64,000 nt of DNA from an uncultured Thiothrix sp. (GCF_937876535.1 NZ_CALFHZ010000014.1:1343-65342); one strand, 5' to 3'. Counted from the first letter of the stretch, positions 21,382 to 30,846 are shown. Program-made: numbers and translations. Notes: generated by a model from the letters alone, not told the origin.

Positions 21382-24267
21382 CTATTTTCCTAGGGTATAC
21401 AGTGCTGCGGATAAAGCATGTTGAGTGAAATCAATCCGCAGCGTGCTATTCGTGGTACTTTGGCGTAAACCGCCCTCAGCCCAGGCTAAATTGGGTAATA
21501 CACTGGCATCACGCGCCTGTACGGTTTGTTTATCTAAGAAAGCAAAGCCTAATTCACAGGCCTGTTGATAGCGTTCAGTACGGAGCTGATCCTTGGTTTG
21601 TCGAGCGATATTTAGAGCCACAGCTACGGCCTCTAAATAAACTGCTGTCATATAATCAGCACGCCCCTGTTGTTGGCGGGTCGTGAAACCACCATCGAGT
21701 TGTGATTGATACTCCAACACCCAATCCACTAAAGCAAAAATATTCACCGCTAATTCACGTTTAGGCTCGAGCTGCCAACAAGCACCTAGACCTTGTACCA
21801 TCCAACTGACTAAATCAGCGCGGCGCTTGTATTGGCTACGATGTTGATAATAGCTTAGTGCTTTCATCCATTTGGTGCGTTCGATAGGCGTGATACCTGC
21901 CTTTGCAGCTAAAGCTAAAGCCATTAATACTTGCCCACCAATATAATCTTGATAAGGCTCATCATTAACTGCCCGGCTATCAGTCGCGTGGATAAAACAA
22001 AGCACACGCCCATGTGGATCAATTGCCTGCCATAAGACTTGCGCTAAATTTTGTGCCAGTTGATTGTCTTCTAAGCTCAGTGACTGCTGAGCACTTAAAG
22101 CCATTAATAGCAAAGCACTGCCTGCAACTGTGTCATTTTTAACTTCCTCGCTAGAACTTGCTTCTGAAAGCCAAAGTTTCTCAGGCGTTTTGCGCAGACC
22201 ACTTTTGAGGAAGTTTAAACAGGCTATAAGTTGAGCGTCCTCAATGGTACTTAATTGAGCTTGTTGCGCACGTGTGAGCACCCACAAGGTATGCGCTGTA
22301 CGTACCTTATCTTGAACCTGCTGCAGCTTATTGCTAAACGGGAAATAGTAGAAATAGAACGAACCATCTTCTAAGCGTTGACGCTGAATATAACTGGCCC
22401 ACAAACCTGCTAAAGCTGGAACTTGCTGCGATTCAATCTGCTTAAGCTCGGTGCGTGGGAAAGCCTTCTGCATACGATAGACTTGATGACCATCATCGAG
22501 CCAAGAGCTGCAATCATACCGTAGCCAAGCATAAGGCGGGCGCGTAATTCCGGCTTTATCCAAGACCTCAGCTACATAAGCCTTTTCATCGTAATTAAAT
22601 AGCACCGGTACATCGGGCAGTAAAATCCCAGTTTTATCTCCTTGATGTACCATCAAAGCTTGTTCGCAGAAGCGGACTGGATTCATAACCTCTTCTGGGC
22701 TATACGCACCTAACTCCAAAGGTGCATGCAATAAATAAATTTTTATAACGAATTGATCGACATTCTCAGCATTCAATTGTTTAGCAAAGCGCTGATCCGC
22801 TAACACCGCTTCTGCCAAAATTTGCACATCTTGATCTAAGTTTTTAATGCTTTTACCCATACAGCCTTGGAGCTGGCCTTTGAACAGCACTGAAATATAC
22901 AAAGCATCTAATGATAGGCATAAATCAGCCGGTAATTCAGTCGTATCTGTAGGTATCGTTTGGGTAATCTGTGCTTTTATTAGAGTACGCGCGCGCTGGG
23001 TGATTAAACGGGCAATGGCAACTGACTCGAACCATTGAATTTTATTAGGATCAAGCGCAACCCCAGTCGGTTGCCATTTCACTTCCTCTTCTACATATTT
23101 GAACACATCATGACGATAGAGTGTGTAAGGCTCAAACGAGACCAATTGCGCATTTTTATAGAAGGCATGATTAAACTGTTGGCCTGCAGTCGCTAAACCC
23201 GGCATCCGTGGTAAAGCACCGCCCATTTTAGTAGGGCGCTCTTGACTACGGACTACAATCCCATAGCGATCATTATCTAACTCACCTACGGTACAAGCCT
23301 CTAATTTAGAAAAGAAAGTGACTGCAATGGCACTCTCGGCTAAGAGTTTTAAACCTTGCTCACCGCGTGGCAAACGACGTGCAGTTTGCCAACAGGCATG
23401 TACAATATCTTGGCTTGGGCTAAAGCAACGCTCCCCCGGGAAATGCCAAAAACCATCACGGGCATGGCGCAAATGAATCTGATCCTTCTGCCGTAAACTA
23501 ATAAAGCAACCACCTTGATGTACATAAGTTTGGTCAAGTTGCTCAGGCGCTTGCAAAAGCTGCCCAGTGCTTAAATATTCAGTTAGCACAGTACGGGCTA
23601 ATACCGTAGGGCTTAAACCTTCAGGTGCTTTGTTACTATGCCAAGGCAACTGGTGTTCTAAATAATATTTGGTGGGGTTTTGTAGAACTTTAGGCTCAGA
23701 ATCCATCCGTGGACTGACATCGTGATCAATATCAAACACGGTTTCCATGTGGTAGCCCTGCTCTTGCATTAAGCCAAAGCCACCATACCAACCAAAGCGC
23801 ACTAAACAAATGCCACCCTCTACCCGAAAGCCATCAGCCTCTAGAGTATCTCGGCATTTTTGCATTGAAATCCCTGAACTGACCGAATCGTCAATAATAA
23901 TCACTGGCTCATCACGATTAATGCGCCCTTCGATCAATTTCAGTGAGCCGTGTGGCTTACGCTCTTTACGCACTAATAAAGCTTCATAACGCCCACCACC
24001 TTGCAGCACACAAGCTGTCACTAAGGGGATTGCAGTAGTGCCATAAGTGGCTATTTGTCGACCTTCAAATTTACTTAATAAATCGAGTAAACAAGCTGCA
24101 GCTAGTTGGATACCTTCGTGAGTTAGTGAAACCGCTAAGGAATTAAGCATCCAGCGCCCAAAGGTACCGTCACGCGATAAAATCGGTTGGGTGGGGGTAC
24201 GAAATAAAATGCCATCTTGCAGAATGAGGGTAAGTAAGCGCTCTTTTTTTTCAGCTAGGGTCAGCAT
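21382..24267 (-). CDS. Large multidomain protein: type I phosphoribosyltransferase, then a degenerate AMMECR1-like domain, then an AMMECR1 domain, then an alpha/alpha-toroid (prenyltransferase/squalene-cyclase-repeat-like) domain
   Basis: The PRPP loop is PVIIIDDSVSSGISM (aa ~120-135). AMMECR1 signatures are LQGCMG, ADQRF, GILLPDV and LDKAGI (aa ~465-600). A weaker copy lies at aa ~250-400 (GGCFISLRQ, RYGIVV, GGALPRM). The C-terminus has Q..(L/E)DG(S/G)F repeats. Domain calls are by motif recognition only. Confidence 0.6.
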   Translation of the reverse strand: MLTLAEKKERLLTLILQDGILFRTPTQPILSRDGTFGRWMLNSLAVSLTHEGIQLAAACLLDLLSKFEGRQIATYGTTAIPLVTACVLQGGGRYEALLVRKERKPHGSLKLIEGRINRDEPVIIIDDSVSSGISMQKCRDTLEADGFRVEGGICLVRFGWYGGFGLMQEQGYHMETVFDIDHDVSPRMDSEPKVLQNPTKYYLEHQLPWHSNKAPEGLSPTVLARTVLTEYLSTGQLLQAPEQLDQTYVHQGGCFISLRQKDQIHLRHARDGFWHFPGERCFSPSQDIVHACWQTARRLPRGEQGLKLLAESAIAVTFFSKLEACTVGELDNDRYGIVVRSQERPTKMGGALPRMPGLATAGQQFNHAFYKNAQLVSFEPYTLYRHDVFKYVEEEVKWQPTGVALDPNKIQWFESVAIARLITQRARTLIKAQITQTIPTDTTELPADLCLSLDALYISVLFKGQLQGCMGKSIKNLDQDVQILAEAVLADQRFAKQLNAENVDQFVIKIYLLHAPLELGAYSPEEVMNPVRFCEQALMVHQGDKTGILLPDVPVLFNYDEKAYVAEVLDKAGITRPPYAWLRYDCSSWLDDGHQVYRMQKAFPRTELKQIESQQVPALAGLWASYIQRQRLEDGSFYFYYFPFSNKLQQVQDKVRTAHTLWVLTRAQQAQLSTIEDAQLIACLNFLKSGLRKTPEKLWLSEASSSEEVKNDTVAGSALLLMALSAQQSLSLEDNQLAQNLAQVLWQAIDPHGRVLCFIHATDSRAVNDEPYQDYIGGQVLMALALAAKAGITPIERTKWMKALSYYQHRSQYKRRADLVSWMVQGLGACWQLEPKRELAVNIFALVDWVLEYQSQLDGGFTTRQQQGRADYMTAVYLEAVAVALNIARQTKDQLRTERYQQACELGFAFLDKQTVQARDASVLPNLAWAEGGLRQSTTNSTLRIDFTQHALSAALYTLGK

Positions 24268-24294
24268 GCCAAAGATCTCTTATTGTTATTCATT

Positions 24295-24327
24295 GAAAAC
24301 TGGCTAGTAACCTGTTGTTACTAGCCA
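24295..24327 (-). terminator. Terminator-like hairpin after the repeat-protein gene
   Basis: TGGCTAGTAAC, a 5-nt loop, GTTACTAGCCA (perfect 11-bp stem), followed on the minus strand by GTTTTC. Confidence 0.55.
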
Positions 24328-24351
24328 ATGTCTACTAGATCGATTTAAAAA

Positions 24352-25305
24352 TTAATCGAGCGGCATCATTTCAGCGGGAACAATATCACAGAGAATTTCA
24401 AATTTAATCTCTGGACGAATTTCCCATTTAGTTTCACCTTTAACCTCGTGCTTAATTTCAGGCTTGATCTCTGGCTTCACTTCCTTAATTACTTCATATT
24501 TAATTTCTGCCTTGATCTCGTGCTTAATTTCAGGTTTCACTTCAAGCACAACTTCGTACATTATTTCCTGTTTAACCTCTGGGCGAATATCACAAACCAC
24601 TTCTGGTCTGACTTCTGGTTTCACCTCAGGTTTAACTTCTGGCTTAACTTCAATAATGATTTCGGGTTTAATTTCTGGTTTTACTTCAGGACGTACTTCG
24701 GGTTTAACCTCTGGCTTAATCTCAACAATAATCTCTGGCTTGATTTCCGGTTTTACTTCAGGACGTACTTCGGGCTTAACCTCAGGCTTAATCTCAACAA
24801 TAATCTCTGGCTTGATTTCCGGTTTTACTTCAGGACATACGTCAGGATTTACTTCAGGCCTAATCTCAGGTTGAACTTCAATGATAATTTCGGGCTTGAT
24901 CTCCGGTTTTACCTCGGGTTTAACCTCCGGCTTAATCTCAACAATAATCTCTGGCTTGATTTCCGGTTTTACTTCAGGCTTAACCTCGGGTTTGACTTCC
25001 GGACGAATATCACAAGCAACTTCCGGTTTAATCTCTGGGCGAATTTCACAACCACCTTTGCCAGAACCTCCTGTGCCCTTCCCAGAGCCATCGGTAGAAC
25101 CACCCTTACCAGAGCCGCTGTTATCGCCGCATAAGGAAGACAAGAGTTGTTGTAAGATATTGAAAAACTGTGGTAATTGCCCACCAAGATTGAAGCAATT
25201 CAAACTACTAGAGAATTGACTGGCGCCACTTGCACTGGCAGATAAACTCGAATTTTGGGAAGCGTAGGAGCTTCCAACATTATTATTGCTTATTCTGTTA
25301 ATCAT
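24352..25305 (-). CDS. Repeat protein: a Ser/Asn/Gly-rich N-terminus followed by about 58 consecutive [KRIV]-[PIV]-E-[VI] tetrads (PEVK-like)
   Basis: GGAG lies 4 nt upstream of the ATG and a hairpin lies downstream. The non-repetitive N-terminal 85 aa exists only in this frame. Glu occupies every fourth residue through most of the ~230-aa repeat region (Asp or other residues substitute at a few positions). Cys is interspersed (CEIRPE, ACDIRPE, VCPEVK, VCDIRPE, LCDIVP). Confidence 0.7.
   Translation of the reverse strand: MINRISNNNVGSSYASQNSSLSASASGASQFSSSLNCFNLGGQLPQFFNILQQLLSSLCGDNSGSGKGGSTDGSGKGTGGSGKGGCEIRPEIKPEVACDIRPEVKPEVKPEVKPEIKPEIIVEIKPEVKPEVKPEIKPEIIIEVQPEIRPEVNPDVCPEVKPEIKPEIIVEIKPEVKPEVRPEVKPEIKPEIIVEIKPEVKPEVRPEVKPEIKPEIIIEVKPEVKPEVKPEVRPEVVCDIRPEVKQEIMYEVVLEVKPEIKHEIKAEIKYEVIKEVKPEIKPEIKHEVKGETKWEIRPEIKFEILCDIVPAEMMPLD
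24355..25050 (-). repeat. 12-nt periodic coding tandem repeat with a higher-order 72-nt unit
   Basis: 72-nt units start at 24689, 24761 and 24833 and are near-identical. The module CTCAACAATAATCTCTGGCTTGATTTCCGGTTTTAC recurs at least three times. Confidence 0.85.
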
Positions 25306-25641
25306 AAAAACTCCGTGGTATTAAGCTACCTTTATTCACGATTTGAGTAACTGAGCTTTCATTTAGGGCAACTCAGCTTGTGTAGGATTTGCTGTTTAAT
25401 GGCCATCCTTGAAATAAGATTTATTTCAGCACAGGCTCAAGCAAAACTGGTAAGTTTCACGCCAAGAGGTAGCTTGCAAGCAGACATATGGCGGTTCACA
25501 GAGAAATACTTAGCTTATCAAGCAGTTGCCCATAAAAACCTCAGCACGAGCTACTTATCTGTATTTATCAGGCGTACATTGCTCTATGTGCGGTTTGTGC
25601 ATACTATTCTGTCTAGTCTCTAATCAAACAGGATAATCATA

Positions 25642-26904
25642 ATGACAACTAACACACCCAGCCTGCGCGAGCGTTGGGCTTGGGCTTTTTATGACTGGGC
25701 GAATTCAGCATTTGTAACTACAGTGGTAGTGGCCTTTTTCCCAATTTTTTTCCGTAGCTATTGGGCAAAAGAACTACCTTCTGAAGAAGTCACTTTGCAT
25801 TTAGGGACAGCGAATGCCTTAGCTAGTTTATCGGTAATGCTCTTAGCTCCATTTTTAGGGGCAATTGCTGATCGAGGCGGCTTAAAAAAACCACTGTTGG
25901 CAAGCTTTGTCGCCATTGGTGTGAGCGCTACCTTATTACTGACAGTGATTGGTGCGAATCAATGGCAAATAGCCATGTTTGCTTTTGTATTGGCTGTTAT
26001 CGGTTTTTTAGGCGCGAATATTTTTTATGACTCTTTACTGGTGGATGTTGCTGAAGAAAAAGATTTTAACCGTGTATCCGCCTTAGGTTATAGCATGGGT
26101 TATCTTGGAGGTGGTTTGCTTTTTTTACTGTGTGTACTGATGACCCTTCATCCTGAATGGTTCAATTTAGGGACAGATAAACTTAGCGCAGTCCGTTGGG
26201 CTTTTGGGATTACTGCGGTCTGGTGGGCGGTATTTTCGATTCCGATGTGGCTATTCGTACATCAACGCCGCTCAACTACAGCCAAGCGCCCCCCTTTATT
26301 GACCTTAATAGCTGAAGGGGGTCGTGATTTACTTGATACCTTCCGGCATATTCGCCAACTAAAATCGGTTGGTTTATTTTTATTAGCTTATTGGTTTTAT
26401 ATTGATGGCGTTGATACCGTGATCGTCATGGCCGTTGATTACGGTCAAACTTTAGGTTTTCCACAAGATAGTCTAATTACTGCCTTATTGATTACCCAAT
26501 TCGTAGCCTTCCCTGCCGCTTTAGCCTTTGGTTATTTGGGGAATAAATTTGGTGCCAAACAAGGCATTTTGCTTGGTTTAGCAGCATATATCGCGATCAC
26601 CATTTTCGCCTCACAAATGCAGTCAGTGAACGGTTTCTATGCACTTGCAATTTGTGTTGGTCTTGTCCAAGGCGGTGTGCAAGCCCTAAGTCGCTCTTTA
26701 TACGCAAGTTTAATTCCTGCGGATCAAGCAGCTAAGTTCTTTGGTTTTTATAATATGCTAGGTAAATTTGCCGCCGTTTTAGGGCCATTATTAGTTGGCT
26801 GGTTTGGGATTTTAACCGGCTCCTCACGCATGGGTTTACTAGCAATTTTGATTTTATTTATTGCAGGTGGCTTGTTATTGTGGCGGGTTCCTAACCGTGT
26901 CTAA
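25642..26904 (+). CDS. MFS transporter (UMF1/Atg22-like)
   Basis: 420 aa, about 12 TM, with an N-terminus WAFYDWANSAF typical of the UMF1 family. Confidence 0.7.
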   Translation: MTTNTPSLRERWAWAFYDWANSAFVTTVVVAFFPIFFRSYWAKELPSEEVTLHLGTANALASLSVMLLAPFLGAIADRGGLKKPLLASFVAIGVSATLLLTVIGANQWQIAMFAFVLAVIGFLGANIFYDSLLVDVAEEKDFNRVSALGYSMGYLGGGLLFLLCVLMTLHPEWFNLGTDKLSAVRWAFGITAVWWAVFSIPMWLFVHQRRSTTAKRPPLLTLIAEGGRDLLDTFRHIRQLKSVGLFLLAYWFYIDGVDTVIVMAVDYGQTLGFPQDSLITALLITQFVAFPAALAFGYLGNKFGAKQGILLGLAAYIAITIFASQMQSVNGFYALAICVGLVQGGVQALSRSLYASLIPADQAAKFFGFYNMLGKFAAVLGPLLVGWFGILTGSSRMGLLAILILFIAGGLLLWRVPNRV

Positions 26905-26947
26905 CCCGATCATCTGAATGATCCAATCATTGGAAAGACCTACTTAG

Positions 26948-28129
26948 ATGAAACAAACCATTCAACGCTTTCTAGCGCTAGAATCAGCCAGTGGAATTTT
27001 ATTGGTCATCGCGGCGATTCTAGCCATGCTCGCCGTCAACTCGCCCTTACAAGATTGGTATAAAGCCTTACTGCATACGCCGGTTATTGTTCAAGTCGGT
27101 GCTTTAGAAATTGCTAAGCCTTTGTTACTTTGGGTCAATGATGGCTTAATGGCGCTATTTTTCCTCACGGTTGGCTTAGAAATTAAGCGTGAAGTCTTAC
27201 AGGGTGAACTAGCTGATCTGTCTAAAGCTGCACTTCCAGTGATTGCAGCTTTAGGAGGAATGATTGCTCCTGCTTTGGTCTATAGCTTAGTTAATTACCA
27301 TGAACCTTATGCAATGCGTGGCTGGGCAATTCCCACAGCTACCGATATTGCCTTTGCTTTAGGCGTGTTATCTTTATTAGGCAAACGCGTTCCCACTAGC
27401 TTAAAGCTGTTCCTTTTAACCTTAGCGATTGTCGATGACTTAGGGGCAATTGTCATTATCGCTATTTTCTATACCGTTAAATTATCAGCCATTTCTTTAA
27501 GTATTGCAGGTGCTGCCTTAGTAGTTTTATTTATCTTGAACCGGCGGGGTGTTTTGTCTCTGTCCCCTTATTTGCTAGTTGGTTTTGTTATGTGGGTTGC
27601 CGTTTTAAAGTCTGGTGTGCATGCGACCTTAGCGGGCGTATTGCTCGCACTTTTCATTCCCCTACGTGTACCTGCAGGCAGTGCTCACAGTTTAGCTGAA
27701 GGGTTAGAGCATGACTTACATAGCTCAGTGGCTTATTTCATTTTGCCGATCTTTGCCTTTATGAATACGGGCGTTTCTTTAGCCGGTTTATCGATAAACT
27801 CTATTTTCGAGCCGATTCCTTTAGGCATTGCTTTAGGTTTATTTTTAGGTAAGCAACTGGGTATTTTTGGCGCTTGCTGGTTAGCAATTCAATTAAAAAT
27901 TGCGCAATTACCTTCAGGAGTTGGTTGGTGGGAACTCTATGGCGTAGCGTTGTTAGGTGGAATTGGCTTCACAATGAGTTTATTTATTAGCTCACTAGCT
28001 TTTGAAGGTACAAATATAGTGACTCATGATCGTTTAGGAATTTTAACCGGTTCAATGGTTTCAGCCCTATTCGGTTATCTACTCTTGAAGTGGCGACTGG
28101 CTAAAAATAATACTGCTCATACTCTTTGA
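26948..28129 (+). CDS. nhaA: Na+/H+ antiporter NhaA
   Basis: Conserved NhaA motifs are present (FFL.VGLEIKRE, LAIVDDLGAI). Confidence 0.95.
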   Translation: MKQTIQRFLALESASGILLVIAAILAMLAVNSPLQDWYKALLHTPVIVQVGALEIAKPLLLWVNDGLMALFFLTVGLEIKREVLQGELADLSKAALPVIAALGGMIAPALVYSLVNYHEPYAMRGWAIPTATDIAFALGVLSLLGKRVPTSLKLFLLTLAIVDDLGAIVIIAIFYTVKLSAISLSIAGAALVVLFILNRRGVLSLSPYLLVGFVMWVAVLKSGVHATLAGVLLALFIPLRVPAGSAHSLAEGLEHDLHSSVAYFILPIFAFMNTGVSLAGLSINSIFEPIPLGIALGLFLGKQLGIFGACWLAIQLKIAQLPSGVGWWELYGVALLGGIGFTMSLFISSLAFEGTNIVTHDRLGILTGSMVSALFGYLLLKWRLAKNNTAHTL

Positions 28130-28141
28130 TCATCCTAAGTG

Positions 28142-28174
28142 AAACGCAGCTAATAGGTTTGGCTGCGTTTTTTA
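28142..28174. terminator. Bidirectional terminator between nhaA and the convergent hypothetical gene
   Basis: AACGCAGC, loop, GCTGCGTT, then six T on the plus strand and an A-run on the other side. Confidence 0.7.
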
Positions 28175-28181
28175 AAGTAGT

Positions 28182-28844
28182 TTAGGCTTGATTAAAAGTA
28201 CGTACTAAAGATTGGAACTCTTGTTCAGCCCGAGCATTATATTCTTGGAACTGCCGATACTTCTTATAAGCTTCATTCAAGTTTTCTAAAGCTGTTAAGC
28301 GCAGGGCTTGTAGAATCACTAGATCTAATTCACCACGCATGGCTCTTAATAACTCGGGTAGATTTTGGCGATCATGCTTTACTGCAGCTTGCATTTGATT
28401 GAGCTTGCTGAGTAAGGACTCATGATGTGAACCCTTCAAGATTTCTTTTAGTTGTGCTAATTCTGCAGCAATTTCCGCCTCATTTGCAGGCACAGCGCTT
28501 GGACTGGCTTGATGCTCAGCTAGTTGCCCTAAAACCTCTTGTAGTTCTTGCTGACGTATATCAATCGCAATTTTATAAGTATTTAATTTTCCGCGTAATT
28601 CTTGCTGCGCTTGCTTAGCCTTTACAATTGAAGAGGCCAATACCTGATAGGAATACCCCAACCGCTTTAATAGTTGCAACTCATCCTCAGCAATAGGTGC
28701 TTCAGTCGGGACAGGTGCCTCGGCCTCGAAACCTTGATTAACTTGAGTATTAGTAGGATTTTGTAAAGCAGGAATAGTAGGTGCTTCGGTTGTATCACTC
28801 ACCCAGCCCGGATTTACCTCTGGATATGGTTCAAATGGAGTCAT
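28182..28844 (-). CDS. Hypothetical protein, Pro/Thr-rich N-terminus plus predicted coiled coil
   Basis: The ORF is 220 aa, with heptad-like Q/E/L-rich segments. No family recognised. Confidence 0.5.
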   Translation of the reverse strand: MTPFEPYPEVNPGWVSDTTEAPTIPALQNPTNTQVNQGFEAEAPVPTEAPIAEDELQLLKRLGYSYQVLASSIVKAKQAQQELRGKLNTYKIAIDIRQQELQEVLGQLAEHQASPSAVPANEAEIAAELAQLKEILKGSHHESLLSKLNQMQAAVKHDRQNLPELLRAMRGELDLVILQALRLTALENLNEAYKKYRQFQEYNARAEQEFQSLVRTFNQA

Positions 28845-28973
28845 TTGCTAGCCCTTTATATAATAATTATGAAATGACATGTTATAAGCTGTTTTTATAG
28901 TAGTGGTTTTTTCAGCAAGGCGCAATTCTTACTGTTAAAATCTAGCACATCTTTTACCCAGCCGAGTGCCGTA

Positions 28974-29498
28974 ATGAAAAAGTTTTGTTTAACTGCGTCA
29001 CTAGCCTTACTTTTATTTTTGCTAAGCGCTTGTGTTTCGATACCTGAAGGTGTCAAACCTATTGATGACTTCCAGTTAGAGCGTTACTTAGGTAAATGGT
29101 ACGAAATAGCTCGTCTTGACCACAGCTTTGAGCGTGGTTTAGAACAAGTCACCGCGACCTACAGCTTAAACCCAGATGGCTCAGTACGCGTCCTTAACCG
29201 TGGCTTCAATACTACCAAGCAACAATGGCAAGAAGCAGAAGGTCGTGCACAATTCGTAGACTCACCACAAGTTGGTCGCCTGAAAGTTTCGTTCTTTGGC
29301 CCTTTCTACGGCGGCTACAATATTGTTGAGCTGGACGCACACTATCAGTACGCCCTCATCGTTGGGAATGACCGCAGCTATCTCTGGATACTCGCACGCA
29401 CCCCACGTTTAGATTCAACTACTCAACAAGGTTTGATCCAACGGGCGCAAGCACTCGGTTTTGCTACCGATCAACTTATTCTAGTTAAGCAACCTTAG
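28974..29498 (+). CDS. blc: Outer-membrane lipoprotein Blc (bacterial lipocalin)
   Basis: The lipobox is LLSAC. Lipocalin motifs YLGKWYEIAR and YALIV are present. Confidence 0.9.
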   Translation: MKKFCLTASLALLLFLLSACVSIPEGVKPIDDFQLERYLGKWYEIARLDHSFERGLEQVTATYSLNPDGSVRVLNRGFNTTKQQWQEAEGRAQFVDSPQVGRLKVSFFGPFYGGYNIVELDAHYQYALIVGNDRSYLWILARTPRLDSTTQQGLIQRAQALGFATDQLILVKQP

Positions 29499-29500
29499 AC

Positions 29501-30469
29501 TTAACTGATTTTAAACCGCACTGGCAATTGCACAATGGAAGGAATTGTTTTGCCATCACGTTGTGCAGGCAGAAATGCCCAACTGCGCACTGCTTTAAGT
29601 GCAGCTGCGTCTAAGCTTGCATTACCGGAAGATTGATGCACCAGGGCAGCCATAATCCTACCTTCAGCACTAATAGTCACACGAACGAGTACCGTACCTT
29701 CAATCCCTGCCTCCAAGGCGCGTCGTGGGTATTCAGGGGGCGAAGGCGGATTGCGATAGCGTGGGTTACTAATCAAAGGCATAGCACTACTGGAGTTATG
29801 GGCAGCTTGTGCTAGCACTGGCTTAGACTGTACAGCCGCCGTATGTGCAAATTTTTCCTGCTGCTCTGCTTTGGCTTTAGTTTCTGCTTGTCGTTTTTTG
29901 GCTGCCTCGCGTTGTTGAGCTTGTCCCCATTCAGCACGACGTTTGGCTTGTTCTTGTTGCTTCTGCTGTGCTAATCGCTGGCGCTCTTGCTCTTGTTGCT
30001 GTTTCTCAACAAATTCATGCTGACGTTGTTCACGCAAAGCAGCAAGGCGTTGTCTTTCCTGTTCTTGTTGCTGCAGTAAGGCAGGATCAGGTTCGGGCTT
30101 GGGTAAAGGTTGCTCCACAGCAGTTTTCAGCTCTGGTGGTGGTTCCGGTTTGTTTTCCTCTACTGGTTTGGGAGCAGCTTTCGGTGGCTTGACTGGTTTT
30201 TCTTTTTTAGGCGGTGGTGGTTCGAACGTTGGCTCTGCAACGATAGGCTCAGGCGGTGGTGGCTCTGAAGTAATAGGTGTTTCAGCCACAGGTTCTGGAA
30301 TAACTACAGGCGGTGGCGGTGGTGGCTCAAAAGTACTCAACTCTAATAAAATAGGTTCTGGTTCTGCTGGTTTTTGCTCATTAGCCCATAATAGAGGTAA
30401 TAAAACGAGCGCTAAACCTGTATGCAGCACCGTTGATACGATAAACCCAGTCATTTGATTAGCTTTCAT
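29501..30469 (-). CDS. tonB: TonB energy transducer
   Basis: It has an N-terminal anchor, a Pro-rich spacer (PPPPPVVIPEP, PKP repeats) and a C-terminal TonB domain (YP..A...GIEGTVLV). It is coupled to exbD. Confidence 0.9.
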   Translation of the reverse strand: MKANQMTGFIVSTVLHTGLALVLLPLLWANEQKPAEPEPILLELSTFEPPPPPPVVIPEPVAETPITSEPPPPEPIVAEPTFEPPPPKKEKPVKPPKAAPKPVEENKPEPPPELKTAVEQPLPKPEPDPALLQQQEQERQRLAALREQRQHEFVEKQQQEQERQRLAQQKQQEQAKRRAEWGQAQQREAAKKRQAETKAKAEQQEKFAHTAAVQSKPVLAQAAHNSSSAMPLISNPRYRNPPSPPEYPRRALEAGIEGTVLVRVTISAEGRIMAALVHQSSGNASLDAAALKAVRSWAFLPAQRDGKTIPSIVQLPVRFKIS

Positions 30470-30846
30470 AAGGTTTGTTGAGCTTGAATAGAAAGGTTTT
30501 TAAATTGATGTTGTTTCAATAAATCAATCAGCTTCACAAACGATTCAAATACCGCCGCTTTATCTATCCGTAATACGATCAAAGTATCAGTGCTTAAACT
30601 AGTCAAGCGTTGGGCTAAATCCTCATGGTTGAGCTTTTCGCCAGCAAAAAACAACTCATTTTGGGCATTAATCGCAATTTCTAAAGGCTCTTTATCCCCC
30701 GGGGCTTCACTGACTTGTTGTGCATTTGGCAAGTTCACTTCAATCAACCCTTGTGAGACAAAAGTTGCGGTAGTCAGCACAATAGCGAGTAAAACCAACA
30801 TGATATCAATGAAGGGAATCATATTGATCTGATCAAAACGCTTCAT
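30466..30846 (-). CDS. exbD: Biopolymer transport protein ExbD
   Basis: 126 aa with the INMIPFIDIMLVLL anchor, between exbB and tonB. Confidence 0.9.
   Translation of the reverse strand: MKRFDQINMIPFIDIMLVLLAIVLTTATFVSQGLIEVNLPNAQQVSEAPGDKEPLEIAINAQNELFFAGEKLNHEDLAQRLTSLSTDTLIVLRIDKAAVFESFVKLIDLLKQHQFKNLSIQAQQTL

Noticed and set aside
24448-25219. Three long plus-strand ORFs (24448-25134, 24464-24874, 24881-25219) opposite the PEVK-like gene.
   Set aside because: They are shadow frames created by the 12-nt periodic repeat. They lack a non-repetitive region, a convincing start context and a terminator, and the minus-strand frame has all three.
25378-25623. 81-aa ORF in the intergenic region upstream of the MFS transporter gene.
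   Set aside because: It has no RBS and no recognisable motif, and it occupies the likely divergent promoter region. I kept it as non-coding.
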